DNA of 64,000 nt from assembly GCA_050946935.1 (NCBI GenBank), contig JBMNVR010000006.1:22691-86690 (forward strand), written 5' to 3'. Below the pieces are notes generated by a model that worked only from the letters and a program-made list of their open reading frames with translations, did no database searches and had not been told where the DNA came from. A program made the position numbers and the translations under genes. Below, in pieces: positions 9,833 to 18,674 of the stretch. Source of the DNA: Candidatus Howiella sp. (GTDB lineage Bacteria; Bacillota; Clostridia; Oscillospirales; Acutalibacteraceae). The stretch's first letter is position 1, and each line of letters starts with the position of its first letter.

Positions 9833-10519
9833 CTATCTTTTTTCGACAATCTCACCCTGGTTTTTATAAATACAGCCGGCCGGGACAACTCCCCGGACCG
9901 AGGATAAGGGATAGATATTCGAATGCCGTCCGATCACCGTCCCGGGATTGAGGACCGAGCCGCAGCCGACCTCCACAAAATCGCCAAGGATGGCTCCCAT
10001 CTTTTTCAGGCCGGTTTCGATCCGCTCCCCCTGGCAGCAAACCGTGACCAGCGTCTTGTCCGACTTGACGTTGGAGGTAATCGACCCCGCCCCCATGTGC
10101 GAACGATAACCCAACACCGCGTCCCCGACATAATTATAGTGCGGCGCCTGCACACAGTCGAAGAGGAGGGCGTTCTTCAGTTCGGTCGAGTTGCCAACCA
10201 CGCTGCCCTTGCCGATCAGCACATTGCCGCGGATAAAGGCGCAGTGACGCACCTCAGCCTCATGGTCAATGATGCAGGGCCCGGCGATATAGGCCGAATC
10301 AAATACAACCGCGTCCCGTGCGATCCAGACATCCTCCCCCCGGCGCGCATACTCCGCCTCGGGCAGAGAGGCCCCCAGCACCCTGATGTATTCGCCAAGG
10401 CGGGGCAGTACCTCCCACACGTTGGAGACTCCGTCGAAAAGACCGGCGGCGATGGTTTTGGAAAGATCGAACAAAGCGTCCGGTGCAAAAAAGTGCATTC
10501 TGATTTTCTCCTTTTTCAT
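9833..10519 (-). CDS. Left-handed beta-helix (hexapeptide-repeat) protein, GlmU C-terminal-like acetyltransferase
   Basis: Start MKKEKIRMHFF at 10519. Hexapeptide repeats such as IGKGSVVGNSTELKNALLFD and YVGDAVLGYRSHMGAGSITSN. The upstream part of the track ORF (to 10720) overlaps the end of hisF and is not coding. Confidence 0.6.
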   Translation of the reverse strand: MKKEKIRMHFFAPDALFDLSKTIAAGLFDGVSNVWEVLPRLGEYIRVLGASLPEAEYARRGEDVWIARDAVVFDSAYIAGPCIIDHEAEVRHCAFIRGNVLIGKGSVVGNSTELKNALLFDCVQAPHYNYVGDAVLGYRSHMGAGSITSNVKSDKTLVTVCCQGERIETGLKKMGAILGDFVEVGCGSVLNPGTVIGRHSNIYPLSSVRGVVPAGCIYKNQGEIVEKR

Positions 10520-10571
10520 AAAATCGCATGAAACCACACGGCGACGGCGCTCTCCCGCACCGCGGAAAGCA

Positions 10572-11330
10572 TTATAATCGAACCGGGATTCCCTCGCCTT
10601 GCAGATAGTGTTTAAGCTCCATAATCCCAAGCTCCTTAAAATGGAACAAAGAGGCGGCCAGCGCCGCATCGGCCTTACCCCTCGTAAAGGCGTCGCGGAA
10701 ATGGGATTTGTCCCCTGCACCGCCGCTCGCGATGACCGGCACGCCGACGCTTTCGCTTACGGCGCGGGTCAGCGCAAGGTCATAGCCCTTTTTCTGTCCG
10801 TCCTCGTCCATGCTGGTGAGGAGAATCTCCCCCGCACCGCGGAGGACCCCCTCCTTCGCCCATTTGACGGCATCCAGACCGGTCGGGACGCGGCCGCCGT
10901 TCACATAAACCTCAAAACCGCCGTCCTCCCGCCGCTTCGCGTCGATGGCAAGCACCACGCACTGGCTGCCGAATTTATAGGCCGCCTCGTCGATCAGGCC
11001 GGGGTTCTTCACCGCCGCCGAATTGACCGAAACCTTGTCCGCGCCCGCCCGCAGCAGAGCGGTGAAATCCTCCACCTCGCTGATGCCGCCGCCGACCGTA
11101 AAGGGGATGAAGATCGACTCCGCCACCCCGGTCACCACGTCAAGAATGGTCTTGCGCGCCTCATGCGAGGCGGTGATGTCAAGCAGCACCAGCTCGTCCG
11201 CGCCGCTTTCGTAATACGCACGGGCGCAGGCGACCGGATCTCCCGCGTCGATCAGATTGACAAAGCTGACCCCCTTGACCACACGCCCGTTTTTGATATC
11301 CAGGCAGGGGATGATTCGTTTGGCAAGCAT
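10572..11330 (-). CDS. hisF: Imidazole glycerol phosphate synthase cyclase subunit (HisF family)
   Basis: [34 protein letters not shown] is the canonical HisF sequence. Start ATG at 11330. Confidence 0.85.
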   Translation of the reverse strand: MLAKRIIPCLDIKNGRVVKGVSFVNLIDAGDPVACARAYYESGADELVLLDITASHEARKTILDVVTGVAESIFIPFTVGGGISEVEDFTALLRAGADKVSVNSAAVKNPGLIDEAAYKFGSQCVVLAIDAKRREDGGFEVYVNGGRVPTGLDAVKWAKEGVLRGAGEILLTSMDEDGQKKGYDLALTRAVSESVGVPVIASGGAGDKSHFRDAFTRGKADAALAASLFHFKELGIMELKHYLQGEGIPVRL

Positions 11331-11334
11331 GCAC

Positions 11335-11967
11335 TCAGCCCTCCCTTCCGGCGGCGCAAACCTCGGCAAACGCCTTTAAAATTTGCAGGCCGTCTTCGCC
11401 ACTTTTTTCGGGATGGAACTGACAGGCCGAGATGTTCCCCCGCTCAACTGCGGCGTCAACCGGCACGCCGTACCGGGTTGTAGCGGCCACAACCGACCTA
11501 TCCTGTGCATCCAAATAAAAGGAATGGACAAAGTAGGCGTACATATCTGCCGGCACATAGCGGAAAATCCCGTCTTTTTTCAAAATTTCCAGCCGGTTCC
11601 AGCCGATGTGCGGCACCTTAAGCCCCAGGTCGGAGGGGAACCGCCGGAAGCCGCCCCGGAAAATTCCAAGGCCGCGCACGCCGGGACTCTCCTCACTATA
11701 CTCGAACAGCAGCTGCAGACCGAGGCAGATACCCAGCAGCGGACGGCCGGCCACCGCGTGGGCGCGAAGAAGCTGGCAGAAGCCCCGCTCTTCCAACTGG
11801 TGCATAGCATCGCCGAAAGCGCCCACGCCGGGCAAAATCAGACCGTCTGCTGCCCCGTCCAACTGGCTGCCGGCGGAATACACCCTCCACGACAGGCCGA
11901 GGCGGGTCAGCGCGTTCTCCACACTTTTGAGGTTCCCAGCCCCATAATCAATAATTCCGATTTCCAT
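11335..11967 (-). CDS. hisH: Imidazole glycerol phosphate synthase glutamine amidotransferase subunit (HisH family)
   Basis: [38 protein letters not shown] is a class-I GATase triad. Start ATG at 11967. hisF follows 4 nt later. Confidence 0.85.
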   Translation of the reverse strand: MEIGIIDYGAGNLKSVENALTRLGLSWRVYSAGSQLDGAADGLILPGVGAFGDAMHQLEERGFCQLLRAHAVAGRPLLGICLGLQLLFEYSEESPGVRGLGIFRGGFRRFPSDLGLKVPHIGWNRLEILKKDGIFRYVPADMYAYFVHSFYLDAQDRSVVAATTRYGVPVDAAVERGNISACQFHPEKSGEDGLQILKAFAEVCAAGREG

Positions 11968-12155
11968 TTTCACATTCCCCCGACGCGGTGGAGCGGCGCG
12001 GCTGTTTTGCACATGGCTGAAGCGCCCCTGCCTTTATCCGCGCACAGCGGCGAAACCGCATGGCAATAAAAAATTTAATACACATATTCTATCAAAAAAC
12101 CAACGGTTTCACAACCGTTTTGGAAAAGAAAATCGGAAAGAAACCGAAAAAACGG

Positions 12156-12184
12156 TTGCGAAGCCATATAAAATCGGTTATAAT
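12156..12184 (+). promoter_or_regulatory. Sigma-A-type promoter (TTGCGA-17-TATAAT) driving the SRP RNA
   Basis: TTGCGA at 12156-12161, a 17-nt spacer, TATAAT at 12179-12184. Confidence 0.5.
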
Positions 12185-12191
12185 AGTTCGA

Positions 12192-12395
12192 GCAACGGAG
12201 CTTTTCGCTGCAATGTGATACAGAGCCAGAACATACCTTCGGGCGTGCAAACGGGCGGGTCCTGCGCGACGGGACGCCGCGAACCATGTCAGGCGGGGAA
12301 CCGAGCAGCATTAAGGGGCACTCCCCGTGCGCCGCAGATTGCCTGTCCGTTTGCACTCCCAAGGGTATGTACCGCCGTTTGGCGGCGGCTCTGTA
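12192..12395 (+). ncRNA. ffs: Signal recognition particle RNA (long Bacillus-type scRNA/ffs)
   Basis: GGGTCCTGCGCGACGGG..GAACCATGTCAGGCGGGGAACCGAGCAGCATTAAGG..GTGCGCCGCAGATTGCCTG is near-identical to the B. subtilis scRNA domain IV region. GTGCAAACGG (12245-12254) pairs with CCGTTTGCAC (12345-12354). A terminator hairpin ACCGCCG-TTT-GGCGGCGG plus a T-run follows at ~12362-12395. The gene lies immediately upstream of dnaX, as in Bacillus. The 5' boundary is approximate. Confidence 0.75.
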
Positions 12396-12550
12396 TTTTT
12401 ATCTTTTAAAAAAAGCGACCGGATGCCGGGACGTTTTTCCACCGGAGAAAACCCCTCTTAAAGCGCCGGGGCGCTTTTCTCCGCACGATTCCGACCGGAA
12501 CAAATGCTCCGGACAACAGCCCCGTTTTTTCAGAAAGGCGGTCGATTCAT

Positions 12551-14281
12551 TTGTATCAGGCTCTTTACCGCAAATACCGGCCCCGCACCTTTTCGGACGT
12601 ATACGGGCAGGCGCATATTACCGAGACGCTGAAAAACCAGCTCAAGGCCGGCCGGATTTTCCACGCCTACCTCTTCACCGGGTCGCGCGGTACCGGAAAA
12701 ACCACCTGCGCCAAGATTTTGGCAAAGGCGGCCTGCTGCGCCCACCCGCAGGATGGGGAACCCTGCAACGCGTGCGAGTTCTGCCGCGGCGTGGATGATG
12801 GCAGCCTGCTCGACGTGCTGGAGATTGACGCCGCCTCCAATAACGGTGTGGACGACATCCGCGACCTTCGGGAGAAGGCAGTCTACACCCCCAGCGCGGC
12901 CAAATACCGGGTCTACATTATCGACGAGGTACATATGCTCTCGAGCGGAGCTTTCAACGCCCTGCTCAAAACGCTGGAGGAACCTCCGGCTCACGTCATT
13001 TTCATTCTCGCCACGACCGAGGTACACAAGCTGCCGGCTACCATTCTCTCCCGCTGCCAGCGGTTCGACTTCCACCGCATTACCCCCGAGCTGATCGCCA
13101 GGCGGGTGCGGTTCGTCTGTGAGGCGGAGGAGTTGTCGATCACCGACGGCGCCGCCCGGCTGATTGCCTCACTCGCCGATGGCGGAATGCGGGATGCCCT
13201 TTCGATCCTCGACCTGTGCATCGGCGACGGGGGAGAGATTACCGAGCAAACCGTCGCCGACATCTGCGGCCTCGCCGGACGGGAGTATTTGCTTTCTTTC
13301 GTCGAGGCGCTGCGCGCAGGCGATATATCGGCCGCACTTGAATTGATCGGCCGGCTGCACGCCGACTCGGTCGACATGCTCCGCCTGTGTGAGGAGGTCA
13401 TTGCTGAGCTGCGCAACCTGATGCTGCTCAAAACCCTCCGCGCGCCAGAGGAACTGATTGTCTGCTCGTCGGAGGAGCTGGAGGCCCTGCGCACCGCGGC
13501 CGAAGCGTGGACGCTGGACGAGGTGGTTTACGCCCTCTCGGTATTTGAGGAAGCGCTGGCCAAAATGGGAAGGGGCAGCCGGCGCACCGCCCTCGAAATG
13601 GCGGTGGTTAAATTCTGTACACCGGCGCTGAACAGCTCAGCGGCCGGGCTGACCGCCCGGCTGGCCGCTTTGGAGCGGGCGGTCAAAACTGGTCTTTTCC
13701 CGGACGGAGGCAAAGCATCCTCCCCCCGGACAGAGGCGGCCGCGTCTGAGAAACCGGTTCCGCCCACACACGGGACAGAGCATCTGTCACCCAAGCCCGT
13801 GCCCCCGGTCGCGTCGCAGACACAGCCGGCTGCGCAGAACCCGGACGATCCTGACGACCTCCCCCCGTGGGAGGATGGAGCGGCCGCGCCCCCCGCGGGG
13901 CAGACAGCGCTGCCCGGGAAGGAGGAACCCTCGCTTCCCGAACCGCCCCCCGCGGCCGAAGAAACCTCTCCCGCGCCGGTCGGCAGCCTCCCCCAATGGA
14001 GCGAGATACTCGGCATCATCGCCAAAACCTGTCCGCTCATGCACGGGGTACTGCAAGGATCGACCGCTTATCTGGAGGGGGATCTCCTCCTGATCGACTG
14101 CGAAAACAGCCAGTTCCGCGACCTTGTCAACAGCGAAAACACAATGTACAAGGATTCCATCCGCAACGCCACGCTGGAGATTCTGGGCAAGCGGTGCCGG
14201 CTCGGCCCCTATAACCGAAAAAAACAGCCGAAGGATCCGCTGGACGAGCTGCTCCACAAGGCGGAAAATCTCGGCCTGTAA
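12551..14281 (+). CDS. dnaX: DNA polymerase III subunit gamma/tau
   Basis: MYQALYRKYRPRTFSDVYGQAHITETLKNQLKAGRIFHAYLFTGSRGTGKTTCAKILA is a clamp-loader AAA+ signature. A Pro/Ala-rich linker precedes the C-terminal domain. Confidence 0.9.
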   Translation: MYQALYRKYRPRTFSDVYGQAHITETLKNQLKAGRIFHAYLFTGSRGTGKTTCAKILAKAACCAHPQDGEPCNACEFCRGVDDGSLLDVLEIDAASNNGVDDIRDLREKAVYTPSAAKYRVYIIDEVHMLSSGAFNALLKTLEEPPAHVIFILATTEVHKLPATILSRCQRFDFHRITPELIARRVRFVCEAEELSITDGAARLIASLADGGMRDALSILDLCIGDGGEITEQTVADICGLAGREYLLSFVEALRAGDISAALELIGRLHADSVDMLRLCEEVIAELRNLMLLKTLRAPEELIVCSSEELEALRTAAEAWTLDEVVYALSVFEEALAKMGRGSRRTALEMAVVKFCTPALNSSAAGLTARLAALERAVKTGLFPDGGKASSPRTEAAASEKPVPPTHGTEHLSPKPVPPVASQTQPAAQNPDDPDDLPPWEDGAAAPPAGQTALPGKEEPSLPEPPPAAEETSPAPVGSLPQWSEILGIIAKTCPLMHGVLQGSTAYLEGDLLLIDCENSQFRDLVNSENTMYKDSIRNATLEILGKRCRLGPYNRKKQPKDPLDELLHKAENLGL

Positions 14282-14313
14282 ACATAAAGAAAGAAAAAGG
14301 AGTTCGTATTGTT

Positions 14314-14658
14314 ATGAAAGCAAGATTACCCAAAGGCGTGGGCGGCGGCCCCGGCAACATGAACAGCATGCTCAAGCAGGCGCAAAAAATGCAGGCCGAT
14401 ATTGAGGCGCTGCAGGCCGAGCTGGACGAGCGGGAATACAGCGCCGTCTCAGGCGGTGGGATGGTAGAGGTTACAGTCACCGGCAAACACCAGATTAAGT
14501 CGCTCAAGATCAACCCCGACGCGGTCGATCCCGAGGATGTCGAAATGCTGGAGGACATGATCGCCGTCGCTGTGAACGAAGCCATGCGCACCGCGGACGA
14601 GACCGCTGAAAAAGAAATGAGCGGCGTTACCGGCGGCATGAACTTTCCGGGGCTTTAA
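14314..14658 (+). CDS. ybaB: YbaB/EbfC nucleoid-associated protein
   Basis: 114 aa with [21 protein letters not shown]. Conserved position between dnaX and recR. Confidence 0.9.
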   Translation: MKARLPKGVGGGPGNMNSMLKQAQKMQADIEALQAELDEREYSAVSGGGMVEVTVTGKHQIKSLKINPDAVDPEDVEMLEDMIAVAVNEAMRTADETAEKEMSGVTGGMNFPGL

Positions 14659-14660
14659 AT

Positions 14661-15263
14661 ATGGCATCGTACAAGGTAGCGCCCTTGATGCGGCTGATCG
14701 AGCAGTTCGAGCGGCTGCCGCAGATCGGACATAAAACCGCACAGAGGCTGGCCTTCCACGTCCTCGGTATGCCGGAAGGGCAAGCCGAGCAGTTGGCCGA
14801 GGCCATCACCGATGCCCGGCAGAAAATTCACACCTGTGCCGTCTGTCAAAACCTGACCGACGGAGAGCTTTGCAACATTTGCGCCGACGAGGGACGGGAT
14901 CACAGCCTGATCTGCGTGGTCGAGGATCCCCAGGATGTCATGGCATTTGAACGCACACGGGAATACGGCGGGCTGTATCATGTACTGCACGGCGTGATCT
15001 CTCCCTTGGACGGGGTCGGGCCGGAGCAGATCCGGATCAAAGAGCTGATGAGCCGCCTTTCCTCCGACGAGGTGCAGGAGGTCATCATGGCCACCAACCC
15101 CACAGTGGAGGGGGAGGCAACCGCCAGCTACATCTCTCGCCTGCTCAAGCCGATGGGAGTCAAGGTGACCCGGCTCGCCTACGGCATCCCGGTTGGCGGC
15201 GACCTCGAATATGCGGATGAGGTCACTCTCTCCCGCGCGCTGGAAGGGCGAAACGAAATCTAA
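14661..15263 (+). CDS. recR: Recombination protein RecR
   Basis: [35 protein letters not shown], a C4 zinc finger ([16 protein letters not shown]) and a Toprim domain. Confidence 0.9.
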   Translation: MASYKVAPLMRLIEQFERLPQIGHKTAQRLAFHVLGMPEGQAEQLAEAITDARQKIHTCAVCQNLTDGELCNICADEGRDHSLICVVEDPQDVMAFERTREYGGLYHVLHGVISPLDGVGPEQIRIKELMSRLSSDEVQEVIMATNPTVEGEATASYISRLLKPMGVKVTRLAYGIPVGGDLEYADEVTLSRALEGRNEI

Positions 15264-15351
15264 ACCCACCTTTTCCCCGGCGGTTTGCCGGCAGATACCC
15301 CTTTGCGCGCATGTCCTTGGCAGCACGAGGTTTTCTTTACCCATCCCGCAT

Positions 15352-15395
15352 TTCCTATCCGGTCGGCCGAAAGCCGACCGGATTTTTATTTTGTC
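15352..15395 (+). terminator. Rho-independent terminator after recR
   Basis: Hairpin ATCCGGTCGGC-CGAAA-GCCGACCGGAT followed by TTTTATTTT. Confidence 0.5.
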
Positions 15396-15672
15396 CGAGT
15401 CCCCGCCGTCCTCCCCCCGAGATCTATAAGAGAGGCTGCAGCACCTGCAAAAAGGCAGGGGTTCTGATGCGCCGGTCAGCGCCGATATAGGCTGCTTCGG
15501 CAATACCAATGCCCAGATGCTTCGGAAAATCCCCAGCTTTGCGAATACCCCTCGTACATAAGAACACCCCCTGACGCAGAGAATCCAGTCTGTGTCAGGG
15601 GGTGTTTTATCGTTGTTTTAATTTATGCCGTGTTACAGTTGGTTTTGCCGTTTGTTCAGTTTTGTTTTTCGA

Positions 15673-17170
15673 CTACGCCGCAATGACGGCAAGCACCTCG
15701 TCGACCGTGCTGAGCAGGATGTAGCTCTGTCCGTTCAGCTCGTACTCGATGTAGAACATGGCCGCGCGTACACGGTTCTCGGTCACGTTCTTCAGCCGGA
15801 AGCCATAGGCGGTGTAGACATCTACATCCTCGCCCTGGGCAAAGACGATCTTACGGATCTGATCGGCCGAGGCATTCTTGTAGTCGTCCAGCACATCTTT
15901 GCCGGTCGAGTAGTAGACGCCGTAGTTCTTGAACTTTACACCGGCCGCGTTGATGTCCTCAGCCAGCTTGTCGTCGGGGAGAAGAATCCGTGCGTTCCAG
16001 GTGATGTCATACTTGCCCTCGGCCGCGGCGGTCACCATGCCGGCGCCGATGGTCAGCTCCATCTCGGCCGACGCGGGTACGAGAGCGAGGATAGCCTCCT
16101 CAATCGCGGCGGCATAGCCGTCGACCGTCGCCTGCTCGCTGGCTGTGAGGTCGCGCACCACCGCGTTCACCGCGGTCTGCAGTTTCGCCCAGGAGGCTTC
16201 GGTGTAGTCTCCCTCGGTCAGAGCGGCAGCCTTGTCAAGGGCCGCGTCCACCGCGGTGTAGTCGGCGTAAATAGACGCCGCAAACGCTACAACTGTATCA
16301 TTCAGAGTAAAATCACGGAATGTGGCCGGAATTTCAGCCGTTTCGGCCTTATTGCCGCCTTTACCGGTAAACAATCCGACCTGCACCGCACCGGAGAGCC
16401 CTTCGTGTTCCTTAGTCCAAACCGTCTCCCAAGTACTGTTGTCGGTGCTCCACGATGCTTCAAAGGAAGTCCCGGTTCTTACAATTTTCAAATAGATATC
16501 TGAACCCACAGCCGTATCGGCGACTGCGTTTTCACTCGGACTGCCGGCCTGCACATCCACGCCGCAAACGCAATTGTTTCCGTGGCCGGAATGATACCGT
16601 CGCTGTACCGAGAATATTTCCTCATCGCTCGCGTATACGATCAGGCCGGCCGACTGATAATCGGTGTCCGGGGCAAAGCTCAGTTTTGTGGTAACTGAAA
16701 AATCGCCCTCGCCCGCATCGGTCAGCAGCATGTTGGTGTACACCCGCGGGGAGTCCCAGAGTTCCCCGGTTGTCGTATACATGGTAATCTGTTTTTCAGA
16801 TTCCAAATCATACAGGGTTTTGTCCTCGTTTTTAAACGTCCAGACGTCGGACAGGGTATAAGCCGACTTGGGCGCCAACTGCGAAATTGCGTTTTCAATC
16901 GCGGCGGCCATGGCATCTACTTCAGCCTGCTCAGTGGCATACTTACCGGTAACCACTGCGGCAACCGCTGCGTCCACAGCCTTACAGGAAGCTACCGTAT
17001 ACTGTGTACGGTCGATCTTTTCGGCCGCCTCGATCGCCGCATTCACGGCCGTATAGTCCGCCTTGGGATCGTTTCTCATGATAAATTTCGCATCGGAATA
17101 GGTTCCGTTCGCGCCGTTTACGCTGTCTCCGCTTTGTAGAATACGAATTTCCAGACTGCTTTTGCCCTGC
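15673..17170. repeat. Inverted-repeat arm A (near-identical blocks ~15673-16330 and ~16860-17170) matching arm B at ~24360-25794
   Basis: Identical 62-aa antisense ORFs 16868..17056(+) and 24414..24602(-). Near-identical ORF pairs 15929..16117(+)/25350..25538(-) and 16722..16916(-)/24554..24748(+). The encoded protein blocks PKADYTAVNAAIEAAEK..ITMY and EIPATFRDFTLNDTVVAFAAS..end are ~97-100% identical between the two paralogs. The intervening concanavalin-like segment is only ~60% identical. Confidence 0.8.
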
Positions 17171-18285
17171 ACATTCAGGCTGATTTTCTCCGCCTCGCTG
17201 TCGCGGGTAAAGACCACACCGGATACATTGGCAGGCGTGACATCCTCGCCGTCAAGATAAACAGCAAACGTACACTGTCCGGAAGCAGCCCCTGTAATTC
17301 CTACATAGGATTCAAAGGTAACGGCGTCCACCGGGACAGCGTAGGCGATCTTGGCTGTTGCGTTGGCTGAAACGCCCTTGACCTGATAGGTGGCCACCCC
17401 GTTCATTTGCAACGTATAGGCCTTATACTCCACAGCGGCATCCACCCACTTGCCGGCCCAGCTGAAGCTTTCAGAGGTTGGGGTCAAATCGGAAAGATAT
17501 GTGATATTCTCCGGCTTTTCACCAATCACAACAGTGAGGGAGGGCGCCAATTTATCCGGGTTGGAAACCGTCGCCGGCAGACTACCGGTCAGGACATAGG
17601 TTCCGACGATTGCCGGCGTAAATTCGGAGATATCCCAGCTAACCTCCACCTCCTCTGTGGTATTGTCGCTCATCTGCAACGACACTGACTGCGGCAGAAG
17701 ATAAGGATCTCCGTAGGTAAGATTCAGAGTATCAGGATTCGTAATGCCCACAACCGAACGGCTGTCTTTTTCGGTAAATTCAAAATAATCCACCGTAATC
17801 CGATCACCGCTCGTCGTTCCGGTAAGGGTAAAGGTGATGGTATTATCCCCTTCGTTCAGTTCAACATCCCCGACCGTCACCAGCAACATTGCATTTTTCT
17901 TGGTCGCATACGTGCTGATCGGATCGCCAATGTTCGTCCCGTTTACCGAAACCTGAACAACCCCGGGGTTTCCGTCATGCGACCGATACTGCCAAGACAT
18001 GGAGTAGCTTCCCGCGTTCATGGTCGACACCGTATAGGTCACATATTCTCCGACGCCGCCACCCGAGACCTGCAAATACCCGTCGCCCGAGATCGAATTC
18101 CCACCCGGCGAAAAAGTGCCTTTCGCGGCGGTGGCGCCATCCGAAACCACGTAGGAAGTTGTCTCTCCCTCGAATCTGGTCACGTCCCCTGCGACCGCGT
18201 TTACCGATGGAATCATCGACACGGAAAACAGAGATACCGTCAGCATCAAAGCCAGAACAAGCGCAAGACATTTTTTAATCTGCAT
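15673..18285 (-). CDS. Large secreted glycan-binding protein. Modules: CBM6/35-like, Ig-like, NPCBM-like, FIVAR helical repeats, concanavalin-like (GH43-C/DUF1349-like), and the conserved C-terminal module
   Basis: Signal peptide MQIKKCLALVLALMLTVSLFSVSMIPSVNA. An NPCBM-like segment (NITYLSDLTPTSESFSWAGKWVDAAVEYKAY..). A concanavalin-like segment (WDSPRVYTNMLLTD..DYQSAGLIVY..FSVQRRYHSGH). FIVAR-like DYTAVDAALDKAAALTEGDYTEASWAKLQTAVNAV. C-terminal module KYDITWNARILLPDD..YILLSTVDEVLAVIAA. Confidence 0.8.
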   Translation of the reverse strand: MQIKKCLALVLALMLTVSLFSVSMIPSVNAVAGDVTRFEGETTSYVVSDGATAAKGTFSPGGNSISGDGYLQVSGGGVGEYVTYTVSTMNAGSYSMSWQYRSHDGNPGVVQVSVNGTNIGDPISTYATKKNAMLLVTVGDVELNEGDNTITFTLTGTTSGDRITVDYFEFTEKDSRSVVGITNPDTLNLTYGDPYLLPQSVSLQMSDNTTEEVEVSWDISEFTPAIVGTYVLTGSLPATVSNPDKLAPSLTVVIGEKPENITYLSDLTPTSESFSWAGKWVDAAVEYKAYTLQMNGVATYQVKGVSANATAKIAYAVPVDAVTFESYVGITGAASGQCTFAVYLDGEDVTPANVSGVVFTRDSEAEKISLNVQGKSSLEIRILQSGDSVNGANGTYSDAKFIMRNDPKADYTAVNAAIEAAEKIDRTQYTVASCKAVDAAVAAVVTGKYATEQAEVDAMAAAIENAISQLAPKSAYTLSDVWTFKNEDKTLYDLESEKQITMYTTTGELWDSPRVYTNMLLTDAGEGDFSVTTKLSFAPDTDYQSAGLIVYASDEEIFSVQRRYHSGHGNNCVCGVDVQAGSPSENAVADTAVGSDIYLKIVRTGTSFEASWSTDNSTWETVWTKEHEGLSGAVQVGLFTGKGGNKAETAEIPATFRDFTLNDTVVAFAASIYADYTAVDAALDKAAALTEGDYTEASWAKLQTAVNAVVRDLTASEQATVDGYAAAIEEAILALVPASAEMELTIGAGMVTAAAEGKYDITWNARILLPDDKLAEDINAAGVKFKNYGVYYSTGKDVLDDYKNASADQIRKIVFAQGEDVDVYTAYGFRLKNVTENRVRAAMFYIEYELNGQSYILLSTVDEVLAVIAA

Positions 18286-18584
18286 AATCGTTTCCTCCTC
18301 AATTTCTTAATTTTATCGTCCGCATTTTATATAAAAAATCCACACGGCAACAATAAAATTTGTTTTTTCTTCCTATATAGAATAGCACTTTCCCATTCGA
18401 TTGTGCAATAAAAATATTGCTAAAATAAATAAAATATTTTAAATAATTAAGCCAATATCATCCTGGTTTATCATAAATATTATCAAAACAGTGTTTTTTT
18501 AAACAAGCCAGAATCATTTTTTGCAATTTTGATAAACAAGGAATGTAACCTTGTTTCCTTCTTGGATACACAGGCTAAAAAGAC

Positions 18585-18625
18585 AAAAGCAGCCTCCTGA
18601 AAAATCAGGAGGCTGCTTTTCGTTA
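18585..18625. terminator. Bidirectional Rho-independent terminator downstream of the 18675..22517 gene
   Basis: AAAAGCAGCCTCCTGA-AAAAT-CAGGAGGCTGCTTTT is a perfect palindrome with T-runs on both sides. Confidence 0.55.
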
Positions 18626-18674
18626 ACCGTTATACAAATAACCCGCGGCTGATCCGGCAAAACCCGGATGCATA

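Noticed and set aside
10599-11483. 294-aa + strand ORF
   Set aside because: Antisense to hisF/hisH, which have canonical motifs.
12075-12798. ORFs 12075..12362 (-) and 12286..12798 (+)
   Set aside because: They overlap the SRP RNA gene and the dnaX start. The region is better explained by ffs plus its promoter and terminator.
15625-16503. 292-aa + strand ORF and 24859..25812 (-) 317-aa ORF
   Set aside because: Mirror-image antisense ORFs inside the two inverted paralogs. Their near-identity merely reflects the inverted repeat.
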